Assembly: GCA_040954595.2 (NCBI GenBank)
Contig: CM082598.2
Coordinates: 7,393,097 to 7,457,096, forward strand
DNA: 64,000 nt
Source: Balanoglossus misakiensis
Taxonomy: Eukaryota; Animalia; Hemichordata
Direction: 5' to 3'
Shown: one piece after another, positions 63,001 to 64,000 of the stretch
How the letters are laid out: each line of letters begins with the position of its first letter
Numbering within the stretch: the first letter of the stretch is position 1
Notes under the pieces: model-generated
The model's input: the letters and a program-made list of their open reading frames with translations, nothing else
What the model was told of the DNA's origin: nothing
Database searches by the model: none
Program-made: the position numbers and the translations under genes

Positions 63001-64000
63001 TTTTTTTCATAAATGGACGAAATCTTGAGATTTTGCAAAGTTGAAAAATTATCATTTTTTGATGACTTTTAACCTATGATTTTTTTCAAATATTGACGAA
63101 ATTTTGAGATTTTGCAAAGTTGATAATTGTCATTTTTTGATGATTTTGAACCCATGATTTTTATCAAAAATCGACGAAATTTTGAGATTTTGCAAAGTTG
63201 AAAAATTATCATTTTTTGATGACTTTCAACCTATGATTTTTTTCAAATATTGACGAAATTTTGAGATTTTGAAAAGTTGATAATTGTCATTTTTTGATGA
63301 TTTTCAACCCATGATTTTTTTCAAAAATCGACGAAATTTTGAGATTTTGCAAAGTTGAAAAATTGTCCTTTTTTGATGATTTTCAACCCATGATTTTTTT
63401 TTTAAATCGACGAATTTTTGAGATTTTGCAAAGTCGACAAATTGTAATTTTTTGATGATTTTCATGATCTATAACCAATGATTTTTTTTCAAATATTGAC
63501 GAAATTTTTACATTTTGCAAAGTTGAAAAATTGTCATATTTTGATGATTTTCAACCCATGATTTTTTTCAAAAATCGACGAAATTTTGAGATTTTGCAAA
63601 GTTGAAAAATTGTCCTTTTTTGATGATTTTCAACCCATGATTTTTTTTTCAAAAATCGACGAAATGTTGAGATTTTGCAAAATAAAAAATGTGTCATTTT
63701 TTGATGATTTTCATGAGCTATAACCCATGATTTTTTTCAAAAAATCGACGAATTTTGAGATTTCGCAAAGTCGAAAAATTGTAATTTTTTGATGATTTTC
63801 ATGATCTTTAACCCGTTTTTTTCAAAAACGACTAATATTTGAGATTTCGCAAAGTCGACAAATTGTCGTTTTTTGATGATTTTCAACCCATGATTTTTTT
63901 CAAAAATCGACGAAATTTTGAGATTTTGCAAAGTTGAAAAATTGTCCTTTTTTGATGATTTTCAACCCATGATTTTTTTTTTAAATCGACGAATTTTTGA

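Larger units (their letters stand above)
28355..64000. repeat. AT-rich satellite DNA array, about 79-bp and 88-bp monomers, continuing past the window end
   Basis: Consensus TTTTTTGATGATTTTC[ATGA(G/T)CTAT]AACCCATGATTTTTTTCAAAAATCGACGAAATTTTGAGATTTTGCAAAGTTGAAAAATTGTCA, head-to-tail in one orientation. Example spacing: CAACCCATGA at 31481 and 31560. Confidence 0.98.

Noticed and set aside
29191-63931. K/F/I-rich ORFs in the satellite
   Set aside because: Chance translations of the repeat; frames shift with homopolymer length.
28355-64000. CRISPR-like repeat-spacer array
   Set aside because: Units are contiguous monomers with no unique spacers, the four inserts are near-identical to each other, there are no cas genes, and the context is eukaryotic.

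Overview
Eukaryotic (animal, probably marine invertebrate) genomic DNA with spliceosomal GT-AG introns. It has three parts. (1) 1-7.5 kb is transposon debris: a decayed DDE-like transposase with a neighbouring ORF, a DIRS-type retrotransposon RNase H/methyltransferase-like fragment, two hairpin elements and a HINE-like element. (2) 7.6-28.3 kb holds a 10-exon gene that I spliced by hand into an intact 627-aa secreted mosaic protein (signal peptide-PAN-EGF-TSP1-TSP1like-linker-TSP1-CCP-CCP-C-type lectin). A tandem partial duplicate follows (exons 1-7 only, still in frame, ending in a microsatellite), then a convergent, divergent cyclin gene on the minus strand whose start codon I could not find. 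(3) From about 28.35 kb to the window end is an AT-rich satellite array of about 79-bp and 88-bp monomers, with several higher-order repeat periods and four near-identical copies of a 520-bp foreign insert. I found no prokaryote-type system, CRISPR array or RNA gene. All family assignments come from motif recognition by eye, not from database searches.
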